From NCBI GenBank assembly GCA_015488975.1, contig WFMT01000186.1:1-36703 (forward strand): a DNA stretch of 36,703 nt. Direction: 5' to 3'. Position 1 is the first letter of the stretch, and each line of letters opens with the position of its first letter. The notes beneath the pieces are model-generated. The model saw only the letters and a list, made by a program, of their open reading frames with translations, had not been told where the DNA came from and searched no databases. The DNA is from Campylobacteraceae bacterium. GTDB lineage: Bacteria > Campylobacterota > Campylobacteria > Campylobacterales > JALSKU01. Below are positions 1 to 7,477 of this stretch, piece by piece. The position numbers and the translations under genes are program-made.

Positions 1-86
1 AATTCATACTAATGTCTCCTTTTCAAAAATGTAAAATCTTTGAAAATTCCTTGAACTATTGCTACGCCTATCGGCGAGAATGAATG
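1..86 (-). repeat. Intergenic repeat family A, copy 1 (first unit of an 86-bp tandem duplication). Bases 5-7 (cat) are the probable ATG of a minus-strand gene that runs off the left edge.
   Basis: Near-identical to 87-172. Core is CTCC(16-19)-TTTTCAAAAAT(20-30)-GTAAA-ATCTTTGAAAA(36-46)-TTCC...CGCC-TATC-GGCG(65-76). Same core occurs at 16208-16290 and 33202-33280. GGAG on the minus strand lies 8 nt before the ATG at 7..5. Confidence 0.8.
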
Positions 87-172
87 AATTCATACTAATG
101 TCTCCTTTTCAAAAATGTAAAATCTTTGAAAATTCCTTGAACTAAAGATATGCCTATCGGTAAGGATGAACA
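87..172 (-). repeat. Intergenic repeat family A, copy 2 (second unit of the tandem duplication).
   Basis: Bases 87-143 are identical to 1-57, including the duplicated SD and the ATGAATT start-codon region. The 3' part has diverged (TGCC-TATC-GGTA at 151-162). It begins 2 nt after the stop of the 175-1041 ORF. Confidence 0.8.
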
Positions 173-174
173 CT

Positions 175-1041
175 TCACTTATGCTCTTTTATATATTTTT
201 GCATTTGATAAATTTTAGTGTATTCTTGATTGGAAGGTTTTATAAACCTCTCAATATTTAAATGATTTAGTATCTCTTTTCCTATTTTTGTTTTATTCAT
301 GTTCAAAAACAAATCTTGAAGTTTTTTAAACTCTTTTTTATTGATATTATATCTTATTACTATAGGAGAAATGGTAAAAGGTCCCAACTTTTGAACAATT
401 CTTAACTTTTTTGCAGCACTTGGATGTTTTTTAATATACTGTGCATAAACCAAACTATCCACACTTGCCCCATCTACAAAACCGTCTATTACTGCTTTTA
501 TAGATTCGCCATGGTCATAAGTATAAACTAAGTTTCTAAAAAAAGTATTTACCTTGTATCCTTTTTTTAACAAAAAATAAGTTGGAGCTATAGCTCCTGA
601 GTTAGATCCTGGATCAGTAAAAGCATATATTTTTCCTTTAAAATCAAGCAAGCTTTTATATTTACTTTTTTTTAGAGCAATAACATAAGAGTAGTACTTA
701 TCTTTACCGTTTATTATAGGAATTGCCAATAATCTTGCATTTTTTTTATCTCTTAGAATCATATAGGTTGAACTACATACATAAGCAATATCGGTTTTTT
801 CATCTTTTATACTTGATATAACTTCTGCATAAGTTCTAGCAAATTTTATCCCTATATCAAAATGAGAATTTTTTTCCAAATATTTTTGCCACAAAAGATA
901 AGTTTTTAAATCTTCTTTCAAAGTGGTACCTGTAAAAGCAAATGTAACTTTTTTTGCGTAAACTGATGAAGAAAGCATAAAAAGCATAATCAAAGTGGTA
1001 AAAATTTTACCACCTGTGGAAAATTTTTGTCCAAAAATCAT
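175..1041 (-). CDS. Periplasmic PhnD-family (phosphonate/phosphate ABC-type) substrate-binding protein, stand-alone, with a signal peptide.
   Basis: 288-aa ORF. N-terminal signal peptide (LIMLFMLSSSVYA/KK). PhnD-like signatures: YAEVISSIKDEKTDIAYV, FTDPGSNSGAIAPTYFLLKKG, VDGASVDS. Divergent from the ttrB-like gene. Confidence 0.7.
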   Translation of the reverse strand: MIFGQKFSTGGKIFTTLIMLFMLSSSVYAKKVTFAFTGTTLKEDLKTYLLWQKYLEKNSHFDIGIKFARTYAEVISSIKDEKTDIAYVCSSTYMILRDKKNARLLAIPIINGKDKYYSYVIALKKSKYKSLLDFKGKIYAFTDPGSNSGAIAPTYFLLKKGYKVNTFFRNLVYTYDHGESIKAVIDGFVDGASVDSLVYAQYIKKHPSAAKKLRIVQKLGPFTISPIVIRYNINKKEFKKLQDLFLNMNKTKIGKEILNHLNIERFIKPSNQEYTKIYQMQKYIKEHK

Positions 1042-1096
1042 TTTAAAATCCTTTAAAAAAATTTAGAAAGCCTAAATACAGGCATTCTATAAAATA

Positions 1097-1112
1097 TGGA
1101 ACAGTTATTGCA
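1097..1112 (+). promoter_or_regulatory. Candidate sigma54 (RpoN) -24/-12 promoter for the ttrBCA-like operon.
   Basis: TGGAACAGTTATTGCA against consensus TGGCACG-N4-TTGCW. GG (1098-1099) and GC (1110-1111) have exact consensus spacing, and the TTGCA -12 element is intact. It lies 72 nt upstream of the ATG at 1184. Confidence 0.5.
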
Positions 1113-1183
1113 CCATATAGGTCAGTTATAGTTGAACTTCAATTATATACAGTTATTTTGAAATCTGCTTTAAAGGAGTTGCC

Positions 1184-2140
1184 ATGAGCAAAGAAGAGCT
1201 TTCAAAAGTTAGCGAAGAGTTGACTTTGGAAACAGATAGTTCCAGAAGAGAATTTCTGGAAAAGTTTAGCAAAGGCGTATTTGGTGGATTGGTTGCAACG
1301 GGAGTTATTAGTGCATTAGCTCCTACTTCAGCCAAAGCAAAAGAAGATGGAAGCAACCTAAATGTTGCTTTACCATTTGAACCATTTGAATTACCGCCAC
1401 AACAACCTGGTGAAGATGCAATACTAAGAATGATGAGAGATATGCAAAGAGCACTCAAAAAACCAATAGAACAAAGAAAATGGAATATGGTTATAGATTT
1501 AAGAAAATGTGTTGGTTGTGATGCATGTTCTGTCTCTTGTGCTGCTGAAAATAAATTGCCACCGGGAGTTATATACAGACCCGTAATACAAGGGGAAGTG
1601 GGAACATATCCAAATGTAGGACATGTAACTTTGCCTCGTCCTTGTATGCAGTGTGATGAACCTCCTTGTGTTCCTGTTTGTCCAGCTGTTGCTACCTGGA
1701 AAAGACCAGATGGTATTGTGGTAATTGATTATGATCAATGTATCGGTTGTAGATATTGTATCAATGCATGTCCTTATAATGCGAGAACATTTGACTTTGG
1801 TTTGGAATATATTGATGACGCTGCTGATGCACCAGAGTCATTATTGGGTAAAGCCAAAGCTATAAAATATGAAAACGAAGCTTCATTTGAGTATGCAAAA
1901 GATTGGAAAAGAGAAAAAGATAAATCTCCCATAGGTAATGCCAGAAAATGTCACTTTTGTATCCCAAGAATTGATAAAGGAATGCTTCCTGAATGTGTTG
2001 TAACTTGTATAGGAAGAGCTACATATTTTGGAGATGGCAGTGATCCTGAAAGTTTAGTGGCAGAGTTAATCGCTCTACCAAATGCTTTTAGACTCAAAGA
2101 AGAAGAAGGCACACACCCAAGTGTGTATTATATTAAGTAG
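1184..2140 (+). CDS. ttrB: Tetrathionate-reductase-type molybdoenzyme, 4Fe-4S electron-transfer subunit (TtrB-like) with a Tat signal.
   Basis: Twin-arginine motif SRREFLEK followed by a hydrophobic stretch and AKA. Four ferredoxin Cys groups: [41 protein letters not shown]...CVVTC. First gene in a B-C-A order. SD AAAGGAG precedes the ATG. Confidence 0.7.
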   Translation: MSKEELSKVSEELTLETDSSRREFLEKFSKGVFGGLVATGVISALAPTSAKAKEDGSNLNVALPFEPFELPPQQPGEDAILRMMRDMQRALKKPIEQRKWNMVIDLRKCVGCDACSVSCAAENKLPPGVIYRPVIQGEVGTYPNVGHVTLPRPCMQCDEPPCVPVCPAVATWKRPDGIVVIDYDQCIGCRYCINACPYNARTFDFGLEYIDDAADAPESLLGKAKAIKYENEASFEYAKDWKREKDKSPIGNARKCHFCIPRIDKGMLPECVVTCIGRATYFGDGSDPESLVAELIALPNAFRLKEEEGTHPSVYYIK

Positions 2141-2149
2141 GAGGATGAA

Positions 2150-3322
2150 ATGACAAGAAATAAAATAGGAAATATAATCACTTGGATTTTAATTATCGGT
2201 TTTGGAGCATGGGGAATTCCAGGTTTTATAGATAGATTAGTAAATGGTCATATTCATACAAACTATGGTTCATACATTCCTTGGGGTCTTTGGATTTCAT
2301 CTTATATTTGGCTTATAGGTTTATCAGCAGGAGCTTTAATGATATCTGTTATGACTTATGTTTTCCACATAAAAGCCGTTAAAACCGTTGGGAAAATGGC
2401 TTTATTAGTAGCCATTGCAACTTTAGTCGGTGCTATGATTTCAGTTGGAATTGATCTCGGGCATCCATTAAGAGCTTTTAGTCTTATACTTGATCCAAAT
2501 CTCCACTCAATGATGGGTTGGATGGCTGTTTTATACAGTGCGTACTTTGTAACTCTTTGTATAGAATTATATTTTGCCATTAGGCACGAACAAGTTACAG
2601 GAGAAAAACGAAAAACTATTAAAAATATTCTTATAGCACTTGGTATTTGGAGCGTTCCTTTGGCATTTGCATTTCACGGAGGTGTCGGTGGTGTTTTCTC
2701 AAACCTGATATCAAAACCTTATTGGTATGGACCAATGTTGCCGGTTGTATTTTTAGCCGGAGCATTTTTAAGCGGCGGTGCACTTTTTTGTACAGTTGCA
2801 TATATTTGGAGGCCGAAACTTTCAAAAGATGATTTTGTAAAAATGATGATATTTTTGGGAAAAACAACCTTGGCACTTTTGATTTTAGATGAAATTTTAG
2901 AATTATCAGAAGTATATATGGGTACTTTTTATTCTCAATTTGGAGAAGGACACATTTGGTCACAAATTTTATTTGGACATTATTGGTATACATTTTGGAT
3001 AGTTCACTTATTAATCGGTGTAGTAATTCCAGGAATTTTACTAATATTCAAATCAAAATCACCAGGTGCTATCGCACTTGCCGGGCTACTCATAGCAGGT
3101 AGTTTTTTAGCAGTAAGATTAAATATTGTAATTCCCGGTATGATTGAACCGGAAATAAAAGGTATCGCTGGTGCTTGGGTGAATAGCAGACTAACATTTA
3201 GCTATCTGCCATCAATTATGGAATGGCAAGTAGTGTCATTTATCATAGCTGTTGTCATGTTAGTATTTATGATAGGTAAAGCAATTTTACCAATATATCA
3301 AACAGCAGGAGAGGAAAAATGA
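2150..3322 (+). CDS. ttrC: NrfD/PsrC-family integral membrane quinol-interacting anchor subunit (TtrC-like).
   Basis: 390-aa highly hydrophobic ORF with multiple TM helices. SD AGGAGGA lies just upstream. Positioned between the FeS and catalytic subunits. Its stop overlaps the ttrA start (ATGA at 3319-3322). Confidence 0.7.
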   Translation: MTRNKIGNIITWILIIGFGAWGIPGFIDRLVNGHIHTNYGSYIPWGLWISSYIWLIGLSAGALMISVMTYVFHIKAVKTVGKMALLVAIATLVGAMISVGIDLGHPLRAFSLILDPNLHSMMGWMAVLYSAYFVTLCIELYFAIRHEQVTGEKRKTIKNILIALGIWSVPLAFAFHGGVGGVFSNLISKPYWYGPMLPVVFLAGAFLSGGALFCTVAYIWRPKLSKDDFVKMMIFLGKTTLALLILDEILELSEVYMGTFYSQFGEGHIWSQILFGHYWYTFWIVHLLIGVVIPGILLIFKSKSPGAIALAGLLIAGSFLAVRLNIVIPGMIEPEIKGIAGAWVNSRLTFSYLPSIMEWQVVSFIIAVVMLVFMIGKAILPIYQTAGEEK

Positions 3323-6300
3323 AAAGTAAAAATATAGAAAACAAAACAATAAACAGAAGAGCTTTTTTAAAGACTTCTGCTTTACTGGGTGGGTCTGTTG
3401 CATGTTTGAATGCCATTGAAACGGTAAAAACTTCTGGTTTTGGAAGAAGTCATATCGACTATCCTTTAAATGATGCTGAAAATGTTATTTATTCTGTTTG
3501 TCTCCAGTGTCATACGGATTGTCCTATCAAAGTTAAGATTGAAGATGGAGTTGCAGTTAAGATTGATGGCAATCCCTACTCAATTCAAAACTTAAATTCC
3601 CCGATTCCAACATCAACTGATGTTCAAGTCGGAGCGAAGATCGATGCCGGAATCTGCCCTAAAGGACAAGCTGGTATCCAAACCATGTATGATCCCTACA
3701 GAGTAGTAAAAGTTTTAAAAAGAGACGGCAAAAGAGGTGAAAACAAATGGAAAGTTATACCATTTGATCAAGCTGTCACAGAAGTAGTCGAAGGTGGTAA
3801 ACTTTTTGCCAATGTCCCAGGTGAAGAAAACAGAGTTGTAGAAGGACTTCGACAAGTGAGAGCTTTAAAAGATCCTAAAATAGCAAAAGAGATGGCAGAA
3901 GATGCCATGAATGTTGGAAAAGGCAAAATGAGCCTTAGTGCTTTCAAAGCAAAACATAAAGATAATTTACATTATTTGATAAATCCAGACCAACCCGACC
4001 ATGGTCCAAAAAATAACCAGTGCCTGATGCTTGCTGGAAGAATGGAACACGGAAGAAAAGAGTTTGCAAAAAGATGGCAACAAGCTGCTTATGGCAGTAT
4101 AAATTTTATGGAACACACAACAGTTTGCGAACAGTCTCACCATATAGCATACAAGCAAGTTACAAGTCAATATCTTGGTGGCGGAAAATGGAAACCTGCC
4201 AGTGAACAGTTAAAGCCTGATTTTAGAAATTCAAGATTTGTAATATATTTTGGAACAGGTGCAGTTGAGGCAAATTTTGGACCTCCTGTAATGGCAAATC
4301 TTATGACAAATGCCATTATAAAAGATGGATACAAGATAGCTGTCGTAGATCCGAGATTTTCCAAAACAGCTGCTAAAGCCTGGAAATGGGTTCCGGTCCG
4401 TCCAGGTGGCGACGCTGCTCTTATCTATGGTATGATAAGATGGATGTTTGAAAATAATAGGATAAGAAAATCTTTCTTGGAAAATTCAAATGTGGCAGCT
4501 GCTCATAAAAATAAAGAACTTAGTTGGACAAGTGCAACACACTTGATAAAATTTGATAAAGATGGTCCGGGTAAAAAACTAAGAGCAAGCGATCTTGGAA
4601 TGGGAAGCAGTGATGAGTTTGTAACTACTAAAAACGGTAAACCTATAGCATTCAATACTAATGATAAACTAAATCCTGTTGTTGGAGACCTCTTTTTCTC
4701 AGGTGAGTTAAATGGCATAAAAGTTAAGTCTGAACTACAGATGGTTAAAGAGTATGCTATGAGTAAATCCATACAAGAGTGGGCAAAGGAAGCTGGGGTA
4801 AGCGCTAAAGAGATTATTGAATTAGTTAGAGAATATACCAAATATGAAAAATACGGAAGACAAGTCGGTGCTGAGATGTATAGGGGTGTTGTCCAGCATA
4901 CAAACGGATATTTTAACGGTATGGCTGTAATATATTTAAATATGTTAGTTGGAAACATTGATTATAACGGCGGGTTAATGTCCGGTGGCGGTCACTATCA
5001 CGAAGATGGAAGTAAAGGTGGTCCATTTAATCTTAAAAAAGATGCATTCCCTGGAAAAACCAAGTCATTTGGTCATAAAATAACCAGAGAAGGCTCATAC
5101 TATGAAAATAGTACGGATTTTCAAAAAAATGGCTATCCTGCTAAAAGACCTTGGTTTCCTCATACTGGAAATGTTTATCAAGAGGCAATCCCTTCTTTTG
5201 ATGATGCCTATCCATACGGAATCAAGATTTTAATGACTGTTATGGGTACTCCTTTATTGTCAAATCCGGCAGCACATATGTCAATGGAGACAATACTTGA
5301 TTTTAAGAAGACTCCTCTTTATGTTGCAAATGATGTAACTATTGGTGAAAGTAGCATGTATGCCGATTATATTTTTCCTGATTATGCAATTTGGGAAAGA
5401 TGGGGGACACCACACACTACGGTAGTGGCAGTTACAAAAATGTCAAAAATGAGACAACCTACAATTGAGCCTTTAACCGAGACTGTTCAAATATTTGGTG
5501 AGAAACAACATGCAGGCTATGAATCAATGTTATTGGCATTTGCTGAAAAGTTAAAGCTTCCTGGATATGGGGATAATGTTTTTGAAGGTAAAAAACCACT
5601 TAAAAGAGTGGAAGATTGGTTTCTTAAAATGGCTGCAAATATGGCTGCAGGAGATCACAAAGGTGATGATTTACCTGAAGCTGATGATAAAGAGATGGCC
5701 ATATTTAAAAAAGCAAGAAGACATATGACTCCGGCCACATTTGATATAGCAAAATGGGAAAAAGCCTGTATAGATTCAAATGGCAAGAATTGGTTTAAAA
5801 AGGTAGTCTATTTGCTAAATCGTGGTGTTAGAGGAGAAGATTATTCAAATTATACTAAAAATGTAGAAAATAGTGTTTATATTTTACATAAATTTGGAAA
5901 ACAGTTTAACTTTTACAGTGAGCCAGTCGGAACCACTAGACACTCTTTTACAGGTAAGAAATTTAGTGGTATAAGCAAGTATCATCCTGCGGTTGATTAT
6001 GGTGGAAAACCAGTAACTGGAAGTTCTGCTTATCCACTTCGTCTTATAACCTATAAGCCAATAACAGGTGGCCAGTCAAGAACTCAAGCTGTTGATTATT
6101 GGTTGCAAGCTGTAATGCCTGAAAATACTATTGTGCTAAACAGTCAAACAGCACTTAGCATGGGCTTCAAAAACGGAGATAAAGCAAAAATTGTTTCTGC
6201 TGATAATCCAAGCGGAAATTGGGATTTGGGAAATGGTAAAACTAAACCAATGATAGGTAAAGTTGAAGTTGTCGAGGGACTAAGACCTGGAGTTATAAAT

Positions 6301-6510
6301 GTTTCCTGGAGTTTTGGTCACTGGGCTTATGGTGCCAGAGATGTTATGATCGATGGTAAAGTTATAAAAGGTGAGAAAGCAAGAGAAAGCGGACTATGTC
6401 CAAATGCGTCAATGAAAGTTGATACGGCTTTAAAAAATTCTACGATTGAAGATTTAGTAGGCGGTTCAGCAGTTTTCTATGATTCATTTGTAGGGCTAGT
6501 TAAAGCTTAG
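3319..6510 (+). CDS. ttrA: Molybdopterin (bis-MGD) oxidoreductase catalytic subunit, tetrathionate reductase TtrA-like, Tat-exported.
   Basis: 1063 aa. Tat motif NRRAFLKTSALLGGSVA. N-terminal FS0 motif CLQCHTDC...CPKG. Several blocks resemble my memory of Salmonella TtrA: GKRGENKWKVIPFDQAVTEVVEGGKLF, GMIRWMFENN, SWTSATHL. Size and B-C-A gene order are typical of Ttr rather than Psr/Phs. Confidence 0.7.
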   Translation: MKSKNIENKTINRRAFLKTSALLGGSVACLNAIETVKTSGFGRSHIDYPLNDAENVIYSVCLQCHTDCPIKVKIEDGVAVKIDGNPYSIQNLNSPIPTSTDVQVGAKIDAGICPKGQAGIQTMYDPYRVVKVLKRDGKRGENKWKVIPFDQAVTEVVEGGKLFANVPGEENRVVEGLRQVRALKDPKIAKEMAEDAMNVGKGKMSLSAFKAKHKDNLHYLINPDQPDHGPKNNQCLMLAGRMEHGRKEFAKRWQQAAYGSINFMEHTTVCEQSHHIAYKQVTSQYLGGGKWKPASEQLKPDFRNSRFVIYFGTGAVEANFGPPVMANLMTNAIIKDGYKIAVVDPRFSKTAAKAWKWVPVRPGGDAALIYGMIRWMFENNRIRKSFLENSNVAAAHKNKELSWTSATHLIKFDKDGPGKKLRASDLGMGSSDEFVTTKNGKPIAFNTNDKLNPVVGDLFFSGELNGIKVKSELQMVKEYAMSKSIQEWAKEAGVSAKEIIELVREYTKYEKYGRQVGAEMYRGVVQHTNGYFNGMAVIYLNMLVGNIDYNGGLMSGGGHYHEDGSKGGPFNLKKDAFPGKTKSFGHKITREGSYYENSTDFQKNGYPAKRPWFPHTGNVYQEAIPSFDDAYPYGIKILMTVMGTPLLSNPAAHMSMETILDFKKTPLYVANDVTIGESSMYADYIFPDYAIWERWGTPHTTVVAVTKMSKMRQPTIEPLTETVQIFGEKQHAGYESMLLAFAEKLKLPGYGDNVFEGKKPLKRVEDWFLKMAANMAAGDHKGDDLPEADDKEMAIFKKARRHMTPATFDIAKWEKACIDSNGKNWFKKVVYLLNRGVRGEDYSNYTKNVENSVYILHKFGKQFNFYSEPVGTTRHSFTGKKFSGISKYHPAVDYGGKPVTGSSAYPLRLITYKPITGGQSRTQAVDYWLQAVMPENTIVLNSQTALSMGFKNGDKAKIVSADNPSGNWDLGNGKTKPMIGKVEVVEGLRPGVINVSWSFGHWAYGARDVMIDGKVIKGEKARESGLCPNASMKVDTALKNSTIEDLVGGSAVFYDSFVGLVKA

Positions 6511-6519
6511 ATTTTTTCA

Positions 6520-6560
6520 GTGCCTGCCAAAAGTTATCCTTCTTTTCTTTTGGCAGGCAC
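6520..6560 (+). other. Perfect 14-bp stem-loop directly after the ttrA stop (possible processing, stabiliser or partial terminator element).
   Basis: GTGCCTGCCAAAAG (6520-6533), a 13-nt loop, then CTTTTGGCAGGCAC (6547-6560). No U-tract follows on either strand. A TATAAT lies at 6563-6568. Confidence 0.5.
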
Positions 6561-6581
6561 ACTATAATAGAAAGATTTACT

Positions 6582-6872
6582 ATGTTAAAAGATTTTATGA
6601 AAAAGATTTTTATAATACTTTTTTTGATAAGTTTGAATTCTATCTTTGCTAAAGAGTTATCTATTCCTAAAATTATTAAATCAAGTATTATAAAACAGTA
6701 TAAAAATAAAAAAATCTCTTTTATTTCAATTAAAAAATTAAAAACCGGAAAATATCTTGTAAAAGTAAAATTTAACCAAGAGCATGATAAGGTGATAATA
6801 GATAAAAAAGGAAAAATCTACAGCATTGTCAATGATTTGTCCTTTAGCGATAATGTCGGAAACGGGTGTTGA
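6582..6872 (+). CDS. Small secreted PepSY-like protein with a single C-terminal cysteine (tail ...DNVGNGC), paralog 1.
   Basis: 96 aa. Signal peptide ending SIFA/KE. Pattern IP..I.SSIIKQY...KY.V.V....DKVII.KKGKI.SI fits one PepSY-like module. The only Cys is the last residue. About 50% identical to the next ORF. Confidence 0.65.
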   Translation: MLKDFMKKIFIILFLISLNSIFAKELSIPKIIKSSIIKQYKNKKISFISIKKLKTGKYLVKVKFNQEHDKVIIDKKGKIYSIVNDLSFSDNVGNGC

Positions 6873-6893
6873 TAAAATTTTGAGGAGTTTGTT

Positions 6894-7184
6894 GTGTTTA
6901 AAAGATTTATAAATATTTTTATTTTAACTATTTTACTGATTAGCTCAAGTGCTTTGTTGGCAAAAGAGAATATTCAAGTACCTCCTGTTATAATATCAAG
7001 TATTATAAAACAGTATGGACAAGCCAAAATAAAAATTTTGTCTATAAAGAAGATTAAATCAAAAAAATACCAAGTCATTGTAAAAACAGATACCGGAAAA
7101 GATAAAGTTATTATCACAAAAAAAGGAAAAATTTTAAGTATTAGTGATTATCTTGTTGGAATGGAGCCATCAGGTGGCTGCTAG
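6894..7184 (+). CDS. Small secreted PepSY-like protein with a single C-terminal cysteine (tail ...MEPSGGC), paralog 2.
   Basis: 96 aa. GTG start preceded by GAGGAG. Signal peptide ending ALLA/KE. Same length and architecture as 6582-6872. The only Cys is the terminal residue. Confidence 0.65.
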   Translation: MFKRFINIFILTILLISSSALLAKENIQVPPVIISSIIKQYGQAKIKILSIKKIKSKKYQVIVKTDTGKDKVIITKKGKILSISDYLVGMEPSGGC

Positions 7185-7470
7185 TAGAGTCTTTTTCATA
7201 AAGTCAATATTTAAAATTTCTTTTACTTTAGTTGTGCTTTGTGCACCCTCTTTTTCCTCAATCATTTCCGTTTGCAAGAATTGCCATGGGAAAAATTTTG
7301 AAAAAAGAGCATTGGGTAGGTCCGAGATAGTAAGAAATATGAGCAAACAAGAAATTATAAATGCATTAGAAAGATTTAAAAAATCAAAATCAAATTCTAT
7401 AATGAGAGGATTTGCTTCTAGACTAAGCGATAAACAAATCGAACAGATAGGCAAGGTAATAGGTAAATAG
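7174..7470 (+). CDS. Small monohaem c-type cytochrome (c553-like); start uncertain (GTG 7174 preferred, the ORF track gives 7144).
   Basis: Single CKNCH haem-binding motif with a downstream Met candidate ligand (NSIMRG). GGAG at 7163-7166 lies 7 nt before the in-frame GTG at 7174. That start gives a signal-peptide-like N-terminus, MAASRVFFIKSIFKISFTLVVLCAPSFSS. It overlaps the end of the preceding gene. Confidence 0.6.
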   Translation: MAASRVFFIKSIFKISFTLVVLCAPSFSSIISVCKNCHGKNFEKRALGRSEIVRNMSKQEIINALERFKKSKSNSIMRGFASRLSDKQIEQIGKVIGK

Positions 7471-7477
7471 TTTTAAT

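Noticed and set aside
4-93. 29-codon minus-strand ORF (MNSFILADRRSNSSRNFQRFYIFEKETLV) spanning repeat A copy 1 and ending in ATGA with the downstream start.
   Set aside because: It is most simply a by-product of an 86-bp duplication (not a multiple of 3) that copied the SD and ATG. It has no equivalent ORF at the single-copy loci. It is mentioned under the tandem-duplication finding but not called as a gene.
1-172. Possible CRISPR array, because of directly repeated units.
   Set aside because: There are only two abutting 86-bp units with no spacers. The units are far longer than CRISPR repeats and no cas genes are nearby. The same element also occurs singly at 16208 and 33202.
1153-4958. Antisense or alternate-frame ORFs inside ttrB/ttrC/ttrA (1153-1458, 1499-1738, 2356-2580, 2631-2993, 2647-2832, 3967-4170, 4020-4205, 4167-4364, 4503-4958).
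   Set aside because: All are fully embedded in long ORFs with clear family motifs. None has an SD or recognisable motifs, and their composition is typical of the shadow frames of real genes.
3319-6510. Selenocysteine or programmed recoding in the molybdoenzyme catalytic subunit.
   Set aside because: The ORF is continuous with no in-frame TGA. A Cys (HTTVCEQSHH region) is available as the likely Mo ligand.
7144-7173. GTG 7144 as the cytochrome c start, as in the ORF track.
   Set aside because: No SD lies at a suitable distance, and it would add an odd 10-residue extension (MIILLEWSHQ) before the signal peptide. GTG 7174 has GGAG 7 nt upstream. The choice remains uncertain.
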